A stretch of DNA of 64,000 bases, taken from Candidatus Omnitrophota bacterium. GTDB taxonomy: Bacteria; Omnitrophota; Omnitrophia; Omnitrophales; Aquincolibacteriaceae. The position numbers and the translations under genes were made by a program. Shown in pieces: positions 19,285-29,199 of the stretch. A model generated the notes under the pieces. It saw only the letters and a list, made by a program, of their open reading frames with translations. It did no database searches and was not told where the DNA came from. How positions within the stretch are numbered: position 1 is the stretch's first letter; each line of letters opens with the position of its first letter. The stretch lies in NCBI GenBank assembly GCA_003140935.1, contig PLLJ01000041.1:12212-76211 (forward strand), read 5' to 3'.

Positions 19285-21591
19285 TCACAGATACGAATAA
19301 ACGCCCAAAGGTCCTTTCAGGAACGACGCCAGTTCAAGTCGGGGACCATTTTTCCTGAAGCATAGCGCGCCCGTATATCTCAAGGCAAGACATGGAACGT
19401 GGCGAGAAGCAAAATACGTCATAAGCTCCTGCTGTAAGTCCGGAAAAACAATAAGTAACGGCCGGACTTGTTCTACCCAATCTTGAGCTTCGACCGGAAT
19501 TCCATTCCCTAACGCCGGTAAAAAAACCGCGTGGACCTCATCAGCGTCCTCATGCTCCCGGAGCAGTTCCCTGAAGAGTCCGGGGTCCCATTGTGAGATG
19601 AAGAGAATACGCCAAGGACCGGACTGGATCAGCAAAGCGGCACCCTTTTCTGACTCTGCAACGATCCGTATTTTCTCTTTCCCCATCAACACCTCGTCTC
19701 CCTGCTGAAAATTCCTAGCTTTTCGGCCTAATTGACGGAGATTTTTATGAAATTCATCAGGCCCATAAAGGGATGAGGCAGGACAAAGGAGATAACGGGC
19801 TGGAAAATCTCTCAAGACAGGCAGGAGACCTCCCGTATGCTTTTTGGAAAGATCGGAGAACAGTATCCCTTCTAGTCGTTGAATTCCCTGGTTCCTTAGG
19901 AAGGGAGCAATCAGCCACTCACCCTGGTCGGATGGAAAACTCCTTCCAGTGTTAAGAAGCCAGTAAGCTTCGTTCGAAAAGCGCGCGCACACGATCTGGT
20001 TCCTGCCACTCGCAAGCATAGTAAGCTCAAACTCTTTTCCTTCCGACTTGATAAAAAAAATCACTGAAAAACTTATCCAACAACCGATCAGGCAGGTCAT
20101 AAGAAAGCGTTTTCCATGAAAAGCCTTTTTATGGAAAAACAGAATCATCCCCATGCTTGCGTAATACCCTGTAAGTAGACCGAGGGACGGTCGCTCGAGG
20201 AACCAATACCCCCATCGCCACGTGGAAAGATATTGGACCCAGAAAAGCCCGATCCCGAGGATCCAAGAAGACATTTTGATCAAAAGCAAGTTCAGGAAGG
20301 GCACGCCGCTGAAGATCAGCGCAAAAAGCGTGCTGAAAAGCGCCGCATCAAAAAGAGGAATCGCGGCAAGATTCGCAAAGATACTGATGGGTGAGAAAAT
20401 ATTGAAATGATAAAGAACAATGGGGAAAGTCCCAAAAAGCACCGAAAGGCTCGAGCCCAAAGACAGGGTCCCGGCGTTGAACCGCGATATGAGCGGCAAG
20501 ACCAGCATGAGCGAAAAAACACAAAGGAAGGAAAGTTGAAATCCGATATTCCAAAAGCTCTTGGGATTCCAGAGAAGAAGGACAAAAATAGCAAAGCAGA
20601 GCGCGTTCAAGAGATTAGCCGGACGTCCCAGGAGGGCTCCGGACAGGACCAATATGGAGGCGCATCCCGCGCGCTGAACCGGGATCCCGGCGCCCGCAAG
20701 CCCAACGTAGACGATCACGATCAGGATCGTCAGAAATGCGGTCTTGCGATACCCGAATCCTGAAAAAAGAAACATCAGATAAAAAGTCCCCGCGATCATC
20801 GTGATATTAAGTCCGCTGATCGCGAGCAAATGGATCGTCCCGGTCTTCATGAACTGGCTCCGCACTTCGGACGCCACATCGCTCCTCAACCCAAGCACCA
20901 GGGCCTTCAAGATCGCGGCCTCAGGTACCGTATAAAGCTTGTTGATCAACGCGGCCAAGCTGCGTCGAATTTCCGCCAATACCCGGGCAGGTAAAAACCT
21001 TGGCCCCACGCGCACGACACTAACACTTTTATGTCCGATCGCCTGGAAGAGGGCCTGAATGTTTTGTTGAGCTAAAAAGCTCCTATAATCGAATTCGCCC
21101 GGGTTCAAAACCTGTTTGGGGATGCTTAACTCGCCGAAAATCCGGAGTGTGTCGCCGACTTTAGGAACAACGGATGACTGCAGCAAACAGGTTTGGACAT
21201 TTCCTTTGACCTTGAAAATTTTGCGGCGCCCGTTTTCCTTTTTTGTGATCGAATTCACGGAAAGAACAAAGGAGACGGTCTTCCTTTTCCCGCGCGTCTT
21301 TATCTCCGGCAAGGAATCAACAACCCCTTTGAGCGACACGCGTTCAATCCCTGCAAAGTTCTGGACCGCATTCACCGGAACATAAGCATCAAGACGCGCC
21401 CAAAGAACTCCTGAGAATCCCATGAGAAGTACAAAAAGTGCCAAAAAGCACCTTTTTCCGCGCAAGAACCACAATAGAACGATCCCTGCGAGAAGTCCGC
21501 ATTCGAGCCAGGAGAAAGGAATATTCCAATACTTTTCTGTCACGATCCCCAGCGAAAACCCCGTTGAAATCCATAAAAATGGCCGTCTCAT
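19285..21591 (-). CDS. comEC: ComEC/Rec2 DNA uptake channel
   Basis: NPGEFDY, HLLAISGL, GFQLSF, C-terminal metallo-beta-lactamase-like region. Confidence 0.92.
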   Translation of the reverse strand: MRRPFLWISTGFSLGIVTEKYWNIPFSWLECGLLAGIVLLWFLRGKRCFLALFVLLMGFSGVLWARLDAYVPVNAVQNFAGIERVSLKGVVDSLPEIKTRGKRKTVSFVLSVNSITKKENGRRKIFKVKGNVQTCLLQSSVVPKVGDTLRIFGELSIPKQVLNPGEFDYRSFLAQQNIQALFQAIGHKSVSVVRVGPRFLPARVLAEIRRSLAALINKLYTVPEAAILKALVLGLRSDVASEVRSQFMKTGTIHLLAISGLNITMIAGTFYLMFLFSGFGYRKTAFLTILIVIVYVGLAGAGIPVQRAGCASILVLSGALLGRPANLLNALCFAIFVLLLWNPKSFWNIGFQLSFLCVFSLMLVLPLISRFNAGTLSLGSSLSVLFGTFPIVLYHFNIFSPISIFANLAAIPLFDAALFSTLFALIFSGVPFLNLLLIKMSSWILGIGLFWVQYLSTWRWGYWFLERPSLGLLTGYYASMGMILFFHKKAFHGKRFLMTCLIGCWISFSVIFFIKSEGKEFELTMLASGRNQIVCARFSNEAYWLLNTGRSFPSDQGEWLIAPFLRNQGIQRLEGILFSDLSKKHTGGLLPVLRDFPARYLLCPASSLYGPDEFHKNLRQLGRKARNFQQGDEVLMGKEKIRIVAESEKGAALLIQSGPWRILFISQWDPGLFRELLREHEDADEVHAVFLPALGNGIPVEAQDWVEQVRPLLIVFPDLQQELMTYFASRHVPCLALRYTGALCFRKNGPRLELASFLKGPLGVYSYL

Positions 21592-21848
21592 ATTTGGTTA
21601 TTATATAATATAAAATTGATTTTTCTGAACTTTTATTTTCGAAAATTCCCCTTTCCCATAACAAAAGCTCCTGCAGATCTAATGAACGCGGAAGAAAAAA
21701 GTATCCGGAGAGGACCAGCTACATACCCCTTGCTTTATTAGGCTAGATGCCAATACCGAAAAGCAATAACCAGGGCGAGGACTAAAAGGAGGACGAGAAG
21801 AAGGGTATTTTGATATTTAGAAAAGGACGGCATTCGTGAACGGATCTC

Positions 21849-22328
21849 CTACATCGTCAGAATAATCTCTTTACCCTGGACATCCAAGCGGACTTGGCCC
21901 TCTCCGATCGCCGTAACAACAGCTCTGTTGTTAAGCACGTCCCCAACACCCACAAGTCGATTGTTGATCACTGCAATAGCCTTGCCGCTAACATTCGTGA
22001 TACCGGTAAGCCGGTAGATATACCCGGAGACAATCTTTACCGGAACCTGTGTCACCCCCCCAGGCACAGCTTTGGAGGGCGTAACATTTTTGTTGTGGAT
22101 CCTAAGATAGCAAAGTCCGGTGACAAGACACACCGAGAGTAGCGCCAAAAAAACTCTCCAATACAACTTTCGTCGCTTGGCATAGGATTGCTGGACCTGG
22201 ATGAGCTCCTGTTCAAGAGCAGCCCCCGTCGGATCACGTTCATATGTCCTCGAAGTCGAAGAGGGATTCGTAGTTCTCGTCTCTTGCATGCGCTTTGTTT
22301 TTTCCAACGCTTGTTGAATGAGACTCAT
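21849..22328 (-). CDS. ExeB/GspB-like single-pass membrane protein
   Basis: MSLIQQALEK start, one TM helix, AVINNRLVGVGD C-terminal domain; overlaps the exeA stop by 4 bp. Confidence 0.7.
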   Translation of the reverse strand: MSLIQQALEKTKRMQETRTTNPSSTSRTYERDPTGAALEQELIQVQQSYAKRRKLYWRVFLALLSVCLVTGLCYLRIHNKNVTPSKAVPGGVTQVPVKIVSGYIYRLTGITNVSGKAIAVINNRLVGVGDVLNNRAVVTAIGEGQVRLDVQGKEIILTM

Positions 22329-23134
22329 ACGCTTGCTCCCTGGAGATCAGCTTCGGCACATTCCACTAGCAGCGGATCGATCACAAAAACACTTCGGGTA
22401 TAGGCAGCGAGCAGGGCCCGGTCTGCCAACATATTAATGACTCTTGGGATTCCTGCGGAAATTTCATAGATGCGTTGCATAGCTCCGGCGGTAAAAAAAT
22501 TCTCGCTTGCCCCCGCCACATTCAAACGGTGCGCGATATACTGTTTTACTTCTTCCAGGCTCAGTTCCGGCAAGTGACAGTGTACGGTGATGCGTTGCCG
22601 GAGTTGCTTAAGGTCCGGACGCTTAAGAAGGTCTTTCAGCTCCGGCTGCCCCATAAGAATGATCTGCAAAAGCTTTTGCGTCGTGGTCTCGAGATTCGAA
22701 AGAAGGCGGATCTGCTCCAAAGCCCGCGGTGGGAGGAGCTGCGCCTCATCGAGGATCAGCACCGCGTTAAATCCCTTGGCGCTTTCTTCAAGAAGAAAAC
22801 GGTTCAAACAATCAAAATAATCTTTGCGCCGTTTCAACTTGGGTTTCAACCCGAAATCTTCGACGATCCCCTGCAAAAGCTCCAGCTCGGAAAGCTTGGG
22901 ATTGAAGATCAGCGAGCTATGGACATTCTCGCCCAGCTGCTGAAGAAACATACGCGAAAGCGTCGTCTTCCCAGCACCGATCTCGCCGGTGATCTGGATG
23001 AATCCAGAGCGCCGGTTCACGCCGTAGGTCATCGCGGCCAGCGCAGCCTGATGATGGTGGCTCAGATAGACAAAACGTGGGTCCGGCGTCATATTAAAAG
23101 GGGGTTCTCTCAATCCAAAAAAAGCTTCGTACAT
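22325..23134 (-). CDS. ExeA/GspA-family AAA ATPase
   Basis: MYEAFFGL.E.PF..TPDP, GEIGAGKTT, ILDEAQ, GQPEL, GIPRVIN. Confidence 0.92.
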   Translation of the reverse strand: MYEAFFGLREPPFNMTPDPRFVYLSHHHQAALAAMTYGVNRRSGFIQITGEIGAGKTTLSRMFLQQLGENVHSSLIFNPKLSELELLQGIVEDFGLKPKLKRRKDYFDCLNRFLLEESAKGFNAVLILDEAQLLPPRALEQIRLLSNLETTTQKLLQIILMGQPELKDLLKRPDLKQLRQRITVHCHLPELSLEEVKQYIAHRLNVAGASENFFTAGAMQRIYEISAGIPRVINMLADRALLAAYTRSVFVIDPLLVECAEADLQGASV

Positions 23135-23213
23135 ATTCTTTCCTTTCCTGGAATCGCTTGGCACATCCTTTTAAATAACGGCAAAAAAGAACACCGCTAA
23201 AGAAGAACCATCC

Positions 23214-25259
23214 CTAACCGCGGGAGAACGTCATCTCCAAGACACGGCCGTCTTTGCGCGCAACGTGAATGTTGAGCGGATGGCGGCCCTCCTTCGAATA
23301 AACCGTCACTTCCCCGCTCATCAGATCGCGGACGGTCATCTTCCCTTTGATCTTGTCAAGCGCCGGAAGATAGATCGCGGCGCTCTTATCTTCATTTCCG
23401 TTATTGACCACCACGAGAAAATAATGTCTGCCCCGGCTAAAAAGCGCCGTTTTGATATCCCGTGTCATTGAATTACTGACCAGCGGTGTTTTGAGAGAGT
23501 TCAAAACCCCGAGCACTAAATTCGGCGTCGGCTCCATCCCCAAGTGTATGATCTTTCCTTTGCCGACTTTTTTAATGTATCCGACCGTCTGTTTCCCGTA
23601 GGTCCCGAGATCCGCTTGGATCTTTTCACATCCCTTTGCCTTAAAAACATAAACCGAACTATTGACCGCGATCGGCGCGACACCCTTGCCGAGCGTTAAT
23701 GTAAATTGCCGTTTGAACTCAAAAAGAGTGCGCTCCGGCTCTTCAAATCCAATCACTTGATACGGTTTAAAATCGTTGTCTTTGCGCGGAAAGGACCGGA
23801 ACGCCACCAAAGTTCCGCCTTCCTCCACGTAACGTCGCAAATTCTGATGCGCGGTCTTCTCAAGCCACTGATTGCCAGAATAAAAGACTACTTTTTTCTG
23901 TGGAAGTTTGCAACGGGGATCGCATACGTCATAATCCACATCCCCTTGATAAAGCGCAGTAAGAATGGGGCTGTTATGCGTAAGCGTCCGGGCCGCGTAC
24001 TGAAGCGGATTGAAGGTAACGCCGATCTCGGTTAGTTTCTTAAGCGAGGTCGGCTTTAACTGCTTAAAAACGGAAACAATCTGTTTAAAAACATCATAAA
24101 GTTCGCCGCGCACCCGACCCCATTCGTTGATCGGCGACATGTACCAGTTATCACGATTGACAAGCATGTACCAATTCCACCCTTTGACCCCCGCAAGCAG
24201 CGCGGAAAAACAGATCATCCGGTAATGGTTGGGCGTGAGCACGCTGGTTTCATAATGGCGGCCGTGCCAGATGCCCGACTGGAATTCCGCGATGAACGGG
24301 AGCTTAGAAACACTCGCGAGATAACGGATCTTGTCGCAAAACTTACGATGCTCAAACTCATCTTCTTTGAGTTCGTTGGAAGGATAGAGATCCAACCCGA
24401 CTCCGTCCGCGACTTCCTGGAAATCAGCCCAGTCGTGCGCATAAAAGAATGGATAGGTGTTCAAGTAGATCGGAATATCGACCCCAAGATCGCGATACAT
24501 CTGGATGCTTCTCTTCGCAACCTCCTTGGAATACCCATACTTGAATTTGAAATAATCAAGATGCCGCTTAAGCTCCTTATCCCCCTTCAGCGGAAGCCCC
24601 GTTTCGTGAGCAAGCATGGTCGCGATAAAAGGCGATGCTTCCAGGAAAGACGCGTAATTCGTGCCCCAGCATTCGTTCAAGGCGGGAAGATCCCCCTTGT
24701 AAAGATCGCGCATGAAATCCTGGAAAAGTCCTGGCTTTTCCGAAAGTCCGTACTGATGTCCGAATATGTCCGGCCATGGATCAATCTCATTATCCGCCTG
24801 AAGCATCAGGATATGACCGTTCTTGCGTGATGCCAGATAAGGCATGAAGATCTTGCCTGCTTGTTTCAAATATTCCTTGGCGTAGGACAGGAACTTGGGA
24901 TGCAGGCGATGATATTTGTAGGCATAATCAGGAACGCCGTCCCGCGGCCATTCGCTGTAAATATAGGGCCCCGGCCTGAGGATAAGCCAGAAATTTTCTT
25001 TGCGGGTCAATTCGAGAAATGCTTTGAGGCTGCGGGCCGCATCGGTCTTGCCGGTGAAATCAAAATGGCCCCGCTTATACTCGTGAAAATCCCAGGGGAC
25101 ATACGTGGAGATGGTCTCAAGGCCCATTTCCCTGACGCGGTGAAGGGTTTCACGCCAATAATTGGGATTGAGACGCCAGTAATGGACTTCGCCGGAAATG
25201 AGCGGCACTTCTTTCTTCCCGACAAAGATCTTTTGGTCCTTGATCTCGACTTTAGGCAT
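23214..25259 (-). CDS. Glycoside hydrolase family 35-like beta-galactosidase
   Basis: [32 protein letters not shown] and AEFQSG catalytic Glu motifs. ATG 25259 overlaps the leuS stop. Confidence 0.88.
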   Translation of the reverse strand: MPKVEIKDQKIFVGKKEVPLISGEVHYWRLNPNYWRETLHRVREMGLETISTYVPWDFHEYKRGHFDFTGKTDAARSLKAFLELTRKENFWLILRPGPYIYSEWPRDGVPDYAYKYHRLHPKFLSYAKEYLKQAGKIFMPYLASRKNGHILMLQADNEIDPWPDIFGHQYGLSEKPGLFQDFMRDLYKGDLPALNECWGTNYASFLEASPFIATMLAHETGLPLKGDKELKRHLDYFKFKYGYSKEVAKRSIQMYRDLGVDIPIYLNTYPFFYAHDWADFQEVADGVGLDLYPSNELKEDEFEHRKFCDKIRYLASVSKLPFIAEFQSGIWHGRHYETSVLTPNHYRMICFSALLAGVKGWNWYMLVNRDNWYMSPINEWGRVRGELYDVFKQIVSVFKQLKPTSLKKLTEIGVTFNPLQYAARTLTHNSPILTALYQGDVDYDVCDPRCKLPQKKVVFYSGNQWLEKTAHQNLRRYVEEGGTLVAFRSFPRKDNDFKPYQVIGFEEPERTLFEFKRQFTLTLGKGVAPIAVNSSVYVFKAKGCEKIQADLGTYGKQTVGYIKKVGKGKIIHLGMEPTPNLVLGVLNSLKTPLVSNSMTRDIKTALFSRGRHYFLVVVNNGNEDKSAAIYLPALDKIKGKMTVRDLMSGEVTVYSKEGRHPLNIHVARKDGRVLEMTFSRG

Positions 25260-27711
25260 CCGCCACCACAAGGTTGATCGTGCGCCCCGGAACGATGATG
25301 ACCTTTTTGACTGTCTTCCCCACAAGGAGCTCTTTGACGCGCGGGTGTTCAAGAGACATCTGTTTCATCGCGTCTTCGCTCTGACCATGAGAAACGACCA
25401 TTTTCGCACGCACTTTACCCCCCACCAGAATGGCCATCTCGGTCTGATCCTCGACGAGATACTTTTCATCATACTCGGGCCATTTTTCATAAGCAAGCGT
25501 CTTGGTATGACCCAAACGCTGCCACAGCTCTTCCGCCACGTGAGGTGCAAGGGGCGCCAAGAGAAGCAGGAACTTCTCCAGAACTTCCCTCGCGTGGTCT
25601 TGTCCCTGTGCTATTTCGTTCATAAAGATCATCAAGGCCGAGATCGCCGTGTTGAATCGCAACCCCTCCATATCTTCCGTCACCTTTTTGATCGTCTTGT
25701 GGAGTGTCTTCAATTCGACGGCATTGGGCACGCGCGGAACGATGCTCGCATGAAGTCTTTCGTCCTTATCGAGAAAAAGCCTCCACACTTTCCCGAGAAA
25801 TCTGTAGACACCTTCCACGCCGGAATTTGCCCATGGCTTTGTCATTTCCAAAGGTCCCATGAACATTTCGTAAAGCCGGAGACTGTCGGCGCCGTACTGC
25901 GCGATCATCTCATCGGGATTGACCACGTTGCCGCGCGACTTGGACATCTTCTGGCTATCTTCGCCGAGGATCATGCCCTGGTTGGTAAGCCTCTGGAACG
26001 GTTCGGGAGTAGAAACAACGCCCATGTCATAAAGCACCTTGTGCCAGAACCTTGAATAAAGCAGATGAAGTACCGCGTGTTCCGCGCCGCCGACATAAAG
26101 ATCCACATTCATCCAGTATTTTTCTTTTCGAGGATCGACCGGGGCCTTCGTGTTTTTCGGATCAAGATAGCGAAGATAATACCAGCACGAACCCGCCCAT
26201 TGAGGCATGGTGTTCGTTTCGCGCGTGGCTGGGCCGCCACATTTCGAACATTTGCAATGGAGCCAATCCTTGGCTTTGGCAAGCGGCGGTTCGGCATTCC
26301 CGGTCGGTGTGTAATCTTTCATTTCCGGAAGGCAGAGCGGCAACTCACTTTCGGGAATAAGGACAGGACCGCATTTCGCACAATGCACAACCGGGATCGG
26401 CTCACCCCAGTAGCGCTGACGGCTGAAGAGCCAGTCACGGAGTTTGTACTGGACCGCTTCTTTGCCAATCCTCCGTTCCTCAAGCCACTTCGTGATTTTC
26501 TTTTTCGCTTCTGGTGTGGAAAGCCCGGTGATGAGCCCGGAATTCACGCAGAGACCGTCTCCCTCGAATCCTAATGATTCCTTTCCTGCCGGCGCCTGAA
26601 CCACCACCTCCACCGGAAGCTTGTAAGCTTTGGCGAATTCAAGATCACGCGTATCATGGCCCGGCACGGCCATAATAGCACCCGTCCCGTATCCCATAAG
26701 CACATAATCCGCGATCCACACCGGGATCTTCTTATCATTCACGGGATTGATCGCATAAGCGCCCGTAAAAACGCCTGTTTTCTCTTTGGCAAGGTCGGTG
26801 CGATCAAGATCGGATTTATGTGTCGCGGTGGCCACATAAGCCCGTACGGCCTTCTTCTGGGCCAACGTCGTGATCTTTGCCACCATGGAGTGTTCCGGCG
26901 CTAAAACCATATACGTTGCTCCGAAAAGAGTGTCCGGCCGCGTCGTGAAAACACGAATGACGCCGGTGCTTTTTTCTAATCTGAAATCGACTTCCGCGCC
27001 AACGGACTTCCCGATCCAGTTACGCTGCATCTCCTTGATGGATTCGGACCAATCCAAAAGATCCAGATCTTTTAAAAGACGCTCGGCATAGGCCGTGATC
27101 TTGAGGATCCATTGTCGAAGCGGACGGCGGTAGACATCCTTATGGCCTTTGCGCTCACAGGTGCCGTTCGCGTCCACTTCTTCGTTCGCGAGAACGGTCT
27201 TGCAGCCATCGCACCACCACACCGGGATCTCGGATTCATAGGCCAAACCTTTTTCAAAAAGTTTCATGAATATCCATTGAGTCCAGCGGAAATAATCGGG
27301 ATCCGTCGTATCGATCTCGCGTTCCCAGTCATAACTAAAACCGACCTGGCGGATCTGGCGTTTGAAGGTCTGGATATTCTTCTGGGTGGTCTCGCGAGGA
27401 TGCGTACCGGTCTCGATGGCGTATTGCTCGGCGGGAAGTCCGAACGCGTCCCAACCCATGGGATGCAAAACATTGAACCCGCGCATGCGTTTATAACGAC
27501 TGACAATATCGGTCGCAGTATAACCTTCGAGATGGCCCACATGGAGGCCGGAACCGGAAGGATAGGGAAACATGTCGAGAACGTAATATTTTGGTTTTTC
27601 TCCCCCGGGATCGCCGGGGTCAGGAGACCGGAAGGTTTGGTGATCGGCCCAGTAGGTCTGCCATTTTTTTTCGATCACGTCGAAAGGATATGCTTTAAAG
27701 CCGCTGGCCAT
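25252..27711 (-). CDS. leuS: Leucine-tRNA ligase
   Basis: MFPYPSG.GLHVGH (HIGH), SRQRYWG, KMSKS. Confidence 0.98.
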   Translation of the reverse strand: MASGFKAYPFDVIEKKWQTYWADHQTFRSPDPGDPGGEKPKYYVLDMFPYPSGSGLHVGHLEGYTATDIVSRYKRMRGFNVLHPMGWDAFGLPAEQYAIETGTHPRETTQKNIQTFKRQIRQVGFSYDWEREIDTTDPDYFRWTQWIFMKLFEKGLAYESEIPVWWCDGCKTVLANEEVDANGTCERKGHKDVYRRPLRQWILKITAYAERLLKDLDLLDWSESIKEMQRNWIGKSVGAEVDFRLEKSTGVIRVFTTRPDTLFGATYMVLAPEHSMVAKITTLAQKKAVRAYVATATHKSDLDRTDLAKEKTGVFTGAYAINPVNDKKIPVWIADYVLMGYGTGAIMAVPGHDTRDLEFAKAYKLPVEVVVQAPAGKESLGFEGDGLCVNSGLITGLSTPEAKKKITKWLEERRIGKEAVQYKLRDWLFSRQRYWGEPIPVVHCAKCGPVLIPESELPLCLPEMKDYTPTGNAEPPLAKAKDWLHCKCSKCGGPATRETNTMPQWAGSCWYYLRYLDPKNTKAPVDPRKEKYWMNVDLYVGGAEHAVLHLLYSRFWHKVLYDMGVVSTPEPFQRLTNQGMILGEDSQKMSKSRGNVVNPDEMIAQYGADSLRLYEMFMGPLEMTKPWANSGVEGVYRFLGKVWRLFLDKDERLHASIVPRVPNAVELKTLHKTIKKVTEDMEGLRFNTAISALMIFMNEIAQGQDHAREVLEKFLLLLAPLAPHVAEELWQRLGHTKTLAYEKWPEYDEKYLVEDQTEMAILVGGKVRAKMVVSHGQSEDAMKQMSLEHPRVKELLVGKTVKKVIIVPGRTINLVVADA

Positions 27712-27740
27712 GAACGGGCTATCTCCTAGAAATGAATCAA

Positions 27741-27824
27741 TGCGGAGAGAGAGAGTCGAACTCTCATGGTATTGCTACCGCTGGATTTTGAGTCCAGTGC
27801 GTCTGCCAGTTCCGCCATCCCCGC
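27741..27824 (-). tRNA. tRNA-Leu(CAA)
   Basis: GCGGGGA/TCTCCGC acceptor stem, CTGGA-CTCAAAA-TCCAG anticodon arm, long variable arm, GTTCGA T-loop. CCA not encoded. Confidence 0.96.
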
Positions 27825-27828
27825 AAAA
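27786..27828. repeat. att direct repeat copy 1 (within intact tRNA-Leu)
   Basis: TTTTGAGTCCAGTGCGTCTGCCAGTTCCGCCATCCCCGCAAAA, identical to 36553-36595. Confidence 0.95.
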
Positions 27829-27896
27829 GCTATAACTGCATCAATTATAATGACTTGCAGAATATTCGAATTCCGTCTTATTCTCTGAGTATCCTG

Positions 27897-27924
27897 CCTT
27901 GTGTCCACTTTTGTGTCTATTTTT
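27897..27924. repeat. Putative integrase arm-type sites (left)
   Basis: CCTTGTGTCCACTTTTGTGTCTATTTT, near-identical to 36400-36425. Confidence 0.65.
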
Positions 27925-27929
27925 TTCTT

Positions 27930-28193
27930 TTATGTCCTAGAACATTGTCCAACACACCCACAACTTTTTTGCTTGCTCAAATGGCTGCAACGCATGACCA
28001 CCTGAATCGACGCCTGCCCTAGAAGTCTCGAAACAGCCACAAGATCAACTTCGTTCATTACTAAATGAGAAGCGAAGATGCGGCCATCCTCAACCTTCGC
28101 CTACTCTAACGCAACCTCAAATGCTTCTCGATGGTACGAGGAGAAGATATTAGGCGAGTCCGGCCCTTTTTTCAATAACAGAATCAGATTTAA
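27930..28193 (-). pseudogene. Tyrosine recombinase (integrase) C-terminal remnant
   Basis: ...REAFEVALE*AKVEDGRIFASHLVMNEVDLVAVSRLLGQASIQVVMRCSHLS. Matches the FHDLRHTFASHLVM.GVDL..V..LLGH....MT.RY.HLS consensus with HxLRH deleted, H>Q, Y>C and an internal stop. Confidence 0.85.
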
Positions 28194-28313
28194 TCAGATT
28201 TTTACACACGACAGTTATAAGGAGAGACGAGGCCCGCGTTAGCGAATGTCGTAATTGATGGTAAAAGCGACAATGGGTAAGACGCTTTCAACACGTCCTG
28301 ATGAAATAGGACA

Positions 28314-29162
28314 TCAAGGACTTGATCTTTCCGTCGTGGATTTGTGATGCTTTTGTTCGATCCGATCGATAGCCAGCAGGATCCCGAACAAGATCGCCTC
28401 GGGTCGCGGAGGACAGCCCGGTATGTACACGTCGATTGGCAGTATGTTAGCTGCGCCGCCCGCACTCGCATAGCTAGTGCCGGCAACACCGCCGGAGCAT
28501 GCGCACGCACCAACCGCAATAACTACCCGCGGTTCAGCGATAGCCTCAAAAGTACGGCGAGCTGCCAGTTCAAGATTACGCGTGACGCACCCTGTGACAA
28601 TGACACCGTCTGCATGACGCGGAGAAGCCACAAAATCTATACAGAGACGACGGATGTCATAATGCGGAGCCAAAAGAGCATTGAGCTCCCAGTCACACGC
28701 ATTGCATGAACCTGTGTCCAAGTGACGCAAATGGAGCGAGTCCTTAAATATATTGTAAATGCGCGTATTGATGCGGTCGACCACTGTTGTTTGATCTACA
28801 AGCTCAAGGGGAATTTCAGCCACCCTTCCCTGGGCATCACGGCTATATTGAATCAGCAGATCCTTGCGCAGTCGACCGGAAAGCTCAAATTCCCGATTCA
28901 TTCGAAGAGCCCCTCCACGAGCCTTGTCCGCGCAACGCCCGCAGAAAATGCATCGCGCAAGATCGATCGTATAGACCCCCGAGAGCCCATCCCGGGTGAT
29001 GGCCCCCGTCGGGCATACCGAGGCTGGTGGCAGATCGGAAAAAAGACATCCCGTCCGCGGCTCCGGGACACCCCGAAAACGTTCGGGCGGGTCGGTGCGG
29101 ACGGCGGGATAGCGTGTCGTCACCACCCCCTGGCGTAAACCTTTGATCAGATTTCGTAACAT
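28314..29162 (-). CDS. HyfH/HyfI-like fusion (ferredoxin domain + NuoB-type small subunit)
   Basis: CPTGAI, CIFCGRC, then GSCNAC, SPRHAD, GACACSGG, PGCPPRP. Confidence 0.9.
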   Translation of the reverse strand: MLRNLIKGLRQGVVTTRYPAVRTDPPERFRGVPEPRTGCLFSDLPPASVCPTGAITRDGLSGVYTIDLARCIFCGRCADKARGGALRMNREFELSGRLRKDLLIQYSRDAQGRVAEIPLELVDQTTVVDRINTRIYNIFKDSLHLRHLDTGSCNACDWELNALLAPHYDIRRLCIDFVASPRHADGVIVTGCVTRNLELAARRTFEAIAEPRVVIAVGACACSGGVAGTSYASAGGAANILPIDVYIPGCPPRPEAILFGILLAIDRIEQKHHKSTTERSSP

Positions 29163-29199
29163 TCGCTACCTCTCTGTTTCGGCATTCCCTGTTCTGCGT

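Noticed and set aside
25198-26055. 285-aa plus-strand ORF and many similar overlapping ORFs
   Set aside because: Antisense shadows of well-supported genes such as leuS, metH and the hyf-like genes; no motifs.
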